Below the pieces are notes generated by a model that searched no databases, was not told the DNA's origin, and saw only the letters and a list, made by a program, of their open reading frames with translations. A stretch of 64,000 nucleotides of DNA from Octopus sinensis. Its lineage: Eukaryota. The stretch covers positions 42,284,001 to 42,348,000 of the forward strand of contig NC_043003.1 in assembly GCF_006345805.1 (NCBI RefSeq), read 5' to 3'. Of the stretch, positions 58,259-64,000 are shown one piece after another; position 1 is the first letter of the stretch; each line of letters opens with the position of its first letter. The position numbers and the translations under genes are program-made.

Positions 58259-58858
58259 TACACGAGGTCTCAACTGTTGCCATAGTAACGAAACTAAAGC
58301 ACGCAGAGTAGAGCCACTTGGCAAACACTGACCTTGAACTCTTCTGTGCATGCGCACTAAGTTTTAACGTATTAGCTCACTTCCGCTGCGTATAGCAGCA
58401 CTTGGAAGGAATGCGTGTTGTGTGTGACTATCGCATTAACAATGACAGAGAAAGTTGTCATGGTGATACCTGCTCAGTGGCCTATGCAATGTTGCAGAAA
58501 GTGTATGGAGAGGAGTGTATGAGCCACATACAAGTGTACGAGTGTTTCAGTTGTTTTCAAAATAGCCGAAAAATGTCGATATTGACAAAAAGTTCTGGGA
58601 GACCTGCAACCAGCAGGGCTACGAAAAACATCGCAGATGTGCGTGCAGCTGTTAGGGAAATTCGTCGAATCTCCATCCGTGAGCTATCAGTACAAATTAG
58701 TTACGGTTCAGTTCAGTCCAATATCACTGAAGATTACGATATGAGACACGTGTCTACAAAATTTGTGCCAAAACTGCTTTCAACTGACCAAGAGTACACT
58801 CGGGTTTAGTTGCACAAGATCTCCTTGATTGTGTCGAGAACGATGAAAACTTTTTTGA
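58259..58858 (+). mobile_element. Mariner transposon 5' fragment (HTH region of the transposase, pseudogenised)
   Basis: AYAMLQKVYGEECMSHIQVYECF...SGRPATS...ISIRELS..ISYGSVQ...MRHVSTKFVPKLLS, with mariner GRP and (W/F)VP..L motifs. Internal deletion and stops; no DD34D region. Confidence 0.85.
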
Positions 58859-58919
58859 GAAATCTGGGTAGGTATCTGGGCAGGCATCACCAAGCCTTTG
58901 GCGAAATTTAAATCAAAAT

Positions 58920-59000
58920 AATCACCTTATTTTGAAATTGTTTGGATAATAACGTACTCAATTCTGGTGCCTCTACTTAAGTATCATAGTCATCTGAATC
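58920..59000 (+). repeat. Unclassified ~80-bp interspersed repeat, copy 2
   Basis: Matches 36914-36994. Confidence 0.75.
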
Positions 59001-59090
59001 TATATATGTATATGTGTGTGTGTGTGTGTGTGTGCGTGTGTGTGTATGTGTGTGTGTGTGCATGTGTGTGTGTATGTGTGTGTGTGTGTA

Positions 59091-59135
<45 letters not shown>

Positions 59136-60420
59136 GTGTGTGTTTATCCCAAATCAAGAGCATTGTCTCTAGCCGTTCACAAACCGCAATACTATCACCA
59201 GCAGTATTCCCATCATGACAATCACCGCTAATTCCACAATCGCCACAACCACCGCCACCGCCACGGCCGCTGCTGTTTCCACCACCACCACCACCACCAC
59301 CGACAACAACAGCAACAGCAACAACAACAACAATACCAAATCACCGCCATCAGTAGCATTATCGTCAACAACTGCCTACTTCCAACCATCTCTGTCTCCT
59401 TTCCAATACATTCTTGTTTCAGATGGTATTTCCATTTCACCACATAGTACATTCCGTTGTAAATTGGCGTGAGGTTCCTTCTGCGTTCCATTGCTACACA
59501 ACACCATCTCCCACAACCATTCACACAAACACACGCGAACACACGCACGCACGCACGCACGCACGCACACATATTCTCAGCACATTTCACCCCACCCACT
59601 CCCCGACCCCGATTCATCTTGTGCACCACCAACACCACCACCACCACACTCACCATCACCACCACCTCCACCACCACCACCACCACAATCACCACCATCA
59701 CCACCAATACCAACATCGTTCCCATCCCCGCTCCCTTAGTATCTGAGACCAGATTTTTCTCGCAATACAATCAATCCCCTATGCCAAATATACTCGAATT
59801 CCCAAACAGACTCTGAATCTAAACCGTCTTACAATGTCGCCAACCCCCACTTCTCCCCGAGACCCCCAAAACTACCCGACCCCCACTCCATAAGTTCAGC
59901 CACCCAAATTACACACCCATTTTAATTAAAGCAGCCTCTCATACCACAACCCAAACTCCTTTCTCATTAATCAATGCCTTTAACATCAATAGTACTCACA
60001 CATTTCATATCCTCCTACCCCTTTCTACCATCCAGTTTCTTCCTCCCACTCCTACTCACTTTTAAACACACACACACACGTAAGCACATGGACGCATACA
60101 CTGACACACCGGGACGCAGAAATGAATATGTGTACCTAAACATCCACAAATACAAACGTGGACACATGCTTATATTATCGCATACATGAACGCGCTCATG
60201 GACATCAGGATTCTATTACATATATACGCACACTTACACACAGACACAGACACGCACACACGCCTACATACACACACAGATATATATACATATGTGTATG
60301 CATGTATGTTTGTGAGTGTGGGTTTGTATGTATATGCATACATGTATATTAGCGTACGTATATGCCTGCATCTGTAAATGAGCAGATACACACCCATATA
60401 CATACACATATTGAAGCATA

Positions 60421-60452
<32 letters not shown>

Positions 60453-60944
60453 ATATATATTATATATATTATATATATTATATATTATATATATATATAT
60501 ACTTATATATATATATATTTATACTTATATATATATATATTTATACTTATATTATATATATATATATAACATATATATATATATACTTATATATATATAT
60601 AAGTTGCACACACACACATATATATATATATGGGTCTCTGTGTGTGCAACATACACACACATATGTGTATGTGAACGTATATAACTCCAGAGCGACACGT
60701 ACACAAACACATGTTCACACTCACACACACACAAACACACACATCCGCACACACACACATATACACACACTTCTCTTGTATAGCACAAGAAATACGTCTT
60801 TGACTGTTCAACAATGTTCAGAATTTTTACAAAAATTTTTCATGGGCATCTATTATTGATTATTTTTTTCTTAAGTTGGTATTCTGGTATTTTTCTGTAA
60901 TTAATATTCCTGTTGCTATTGTTATTGTTATTGTGTTTTTGTTA

Positions 60945-60980
<36 letters not shown>

Positions 60981-61399
60981 CTTCTTCTTCTTCTTCTTCT
61001 TCTTCTTCTCTTTTCTCGTATTATTATGTTGTTTTTATCGTTATTATTGGAACAATCGGAAAAACAGACAAAATGTGCTCAAACATTTAGAAATGAACCT
61101 ACAGGACCAAATTTCAAACCCTACCGGTTTCCACTTTCTGTTTTGCCTGAGGTCGATATATTCGCGTATACTACATAATCGGCTGTATTATGCATCAATA
61201 TATTCCCTCACGCACACTTGTACATTATATACACATATCACATACATACATATATACATGCAAAATGCACAAATGCGTACACATACATACAGACATATAT
61301 ACATACATATAGGAAAACTGCATAATGGGAAGGCATTTGGAAGATATCTAAGCTGGGTATTGGTAAAGTGACTAGCATTTTACAGAAAATCACTAATAT

Positions 61400-62131
61400 G
61401 TATATTATAAAGTACTATGGAAGGTCAGATTTATATAGCAAATTTTATTGCTATATACGACAGACAAATCTTTTAGCCAAGAATAAAACCAGTGAGTTGG
61501 CAGAAAACTATTGGTCCATTGCTTACCAAAACATTATGTACAAGCTGTACACAAGCTGCCTCAATCAATGCCTCCATGATCGTTGCTATGAGTCCAACAA
61601 CATAGTGACTGCTGAGCAGGGAAGAGGTAAAAAGGGAGTGTGGGGATAGGCCGAACAAATTTTGATAAGCAAAGCTGTACAGTCTGAAATTTTAAAAAAA
61701 TAATCACCGTAGGAGGCTTGCGCCAGTATGGCTTGAGTATAGGAAAACCTTCGACCTTATTACCTATTCATGGTTGTTGTAGTGCCTATATTTGACAAAG
61801 TGCCTGCTACATTAATTACTGTCGTTGAGAGGCTCACAAAGACTTGGGTAACAATTCTTACGCTTCGAATTGATATCAGAAAAGGGAATATTCCAAGGAG
61901 ATATTCTATCTGTAACTCTGTTCATTTTGGTATTAAATCCATTATCATCCCAAGGCGCAGGAATGGCTGTGTGGTAAGTAGCTTGCTTACCAGCCACATG
62001 GTTCCGTATTCAGTCACATTGCGTGGCACCTTGAGCAAATGCCTTCTACTATAGCCTCGGGCCGACCAAAGCCTTGTGAGTGGATTTGGTAGACGGAAAC
62101 TGAAAGAAGCCTGTCGTATACATGTGTGTGT

Positions 62132-62173
<42 letters not shown>

Positions 62174-63460
62174 AACAACATTTGACAACCGATGCTGGTG
62201 CGTTTACGTCCCCGAAACTTAGCGGTTCGGTTAAAGAGCCCGATAGATTAAGTACTAGGCTTACAAAGAATAAGTCCTGAGGTCGAATTGTTCGACTAAC
62301 TGTGGTGCTCCAGCATGGCCGCAGCCATATGACAGAAACAAGTAAAAGAATAAAAGAATTCCTGTGACAAAAATCAAGTGGCTACATTCTAAGTCTCCTA
62401 CTGCTACAGATATTATTGTAACCTATAATTTCAACGTGGATGATCTCAAAATGTATTAAATATACCACAATGCATTTACAGTACTAGTGCTGATTCCAAC
62501 ATCATATATAGTTGACAGGTCTATAGAGGAAATCCACTCCATAGACAAAAAACCCGTAAGATACTAGCATGAGATGGAAAGCTCCACAAAAATAGTGATA
62601 TCGACAAGCTCTACTTAAGAAGAAATGAAGGAGGTAGAGAATTGAGAGTAGTGCAAGGAATCTTCAAATGTCGTTATAGCCTCTGTCAGACAGAATTCCT
62701 AAACAACAAAAAGCATTAAACACATTAACTTAGTGCTTAAAAGCGAAGAGAACAATATCCTACATGTGGGTAGCGAGCTCCTCAGGAGGTACTCTCTTCC
62801 TGGTGACCCACTCCATACCCCAAAACAGCTAGGCTAATATACTTCAAAGAAAACCTGGATGTAAAACAGTCACAATACCAAAAAAAAAAGACTATGCATG
62901 GGTATGTTTCTTGAACACTTGAAGAAGTCACTAATATCGACAAAGAGAGCAGCCTCACTGTTAGATTCGTAACCGTTACATCACATCACACTTTGAAGGC
63001 TATGCATTTCCAAGAACAGGAGATTGCTACAAAATACCTAAAAAAACAAAAGAAACAGTGACGACCATGCGGCTCCTAGGTGCAACCGAAAATGTAGGTA
63101 ATGACATATTCCTTTGGAATGCACCACATGTGACTAGCAGCTGCCCAAAAATACCACCAAAAATGCCACCTTCTTATGTAGCATGACGTTGTAAAAACCA
63201 TATACAATGCCACCCAGAAAACAGACTGTCCTGGAATAAATATAGAGAATGCCACTTCTAATGAATACGTACCCAAACATCAACACAATTAATACTGGTA
63301 GAACATTCCCTTTAAAACATCTGTCAAGCGTAAACATAACTGGCTGGGTATTGTTGTTTGGGACAGACAATGAAATGCATGAACCTCATACGGGTCAGTT
63401 GTCCTACTGATGTGAATATCTCTTAGGAAATCAAAGAAAAAAGGTTAACTATGGACAACC
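61400..63460 (+). mobile_element. Heavily decayed R4/Dong-like non-LTR retrotransposon (RT, zinc finger, RLE), interrupted by a SINE
   Basis: RT motifs in order: ENYWSIAYQNIMYKLYTS, WLEYRKTFD (~61730), KGIFQGDILS (61881), VDDLKMY (62436). Later come K.MHGY, HVTSSCPK..HDVV and HNWLGIVVWD (RLE PD box). Confidence 0.8.
61954..62359 (+). mobile_element. Full-length tRNA-derived SINE family B nested in the R4-like RT
   Basis: Head ggcgcaggaatggctgtgtggtaagtagc, internal (GT)n and taaaagaa tail. It splits RT domain 4 from domain 5. Confidence 0.9.
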
Positions 63461-64000
63461 ACTATCTGTATTCAGATAATAATTGATACACTTAGTTTTT
63501 AAGCTAGAGTTTTCGGGGGAAAAAAAACATAAACCGACCAAATCGCACATTACAAATACAATGTGTGACATTCTTTTTGTTATCAGCATTCGAACCATGG
63601 AACCTTGTATTTTTGATACAAAGGAAGGATTTAAATAATTACAGACAGAAGAGAAAATTTGCTCCAGTTCTTTAAGGTCTGATTTTCAATCTCGCTAACA
63701 TCAACGTAGCTATTCATCACTCAAGAGTTGATTAAATTAAGTTCTCTCAAATACATAGATCAATGTATCGACCAATACGCGCCCCTAAAATCGCGGTCTC
63801 TTTCCAAAATTTAAAACATTTATAGTATTTTTTTAAAGTTCTTCTTGAGTATTTTGTTGTGTGCAACAACAGAAAGCTCCGTGGGCTTTCTCTGCAATAT
63901 GTTGTCTTAATCTTGCATTTTCTACTCTATTAACCGTACTCTACGTAAAATATATGCAATGTTTAACGCTGCTATTTCTGTTGTGTTTAGTACATTAGTG

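Overview
AT-rich, microsatellite-saturated eukaryotic DNA. The SINE families and repeat landscape look like an Octopus (coleoid cephalopod) genome; this is inferred from recognising the repeats, not from a database search. No host protein-coding gene can be confidently called, so the window looks intronic or intergenic. Nearly all listed ORFs are translations of (TA)n, (CA)n, (CTAT)n or (AAT)n tracts. The real coding remnants are all transposon-derived: four 3' fragments of a Tx1/L1-clade LINE, R4/Dong-type and HERO-type RLE retrotransposons, and a mariner transposase. There are also three tRNA-derived SINE families, mariner MITEs, a Helitron end and a 376-bp fold-back element. The most interesting element is at 56381-56968: a 480-bp unit present as about 1.2 copies (108-bp identical terminal redundancy), inserted in (TA)n and carrying an intact type I hammerhead ribozyme (56773-56820). 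This is the architecture expected of a non-LTR retrozyme or Penelope pseudo-LTR copied from a circular RNA. Other leads are Tx1 copies embedded in (CTAT)n and (ATT)n microsatellites, an (AAT)n insertion hotspot at 42-45.7 kb, a candidate recursive splice site with RS-exon on the minus strand (~56.0 kb), and three microsatellite-bounded tandem duplications that may be assembly artefacts.
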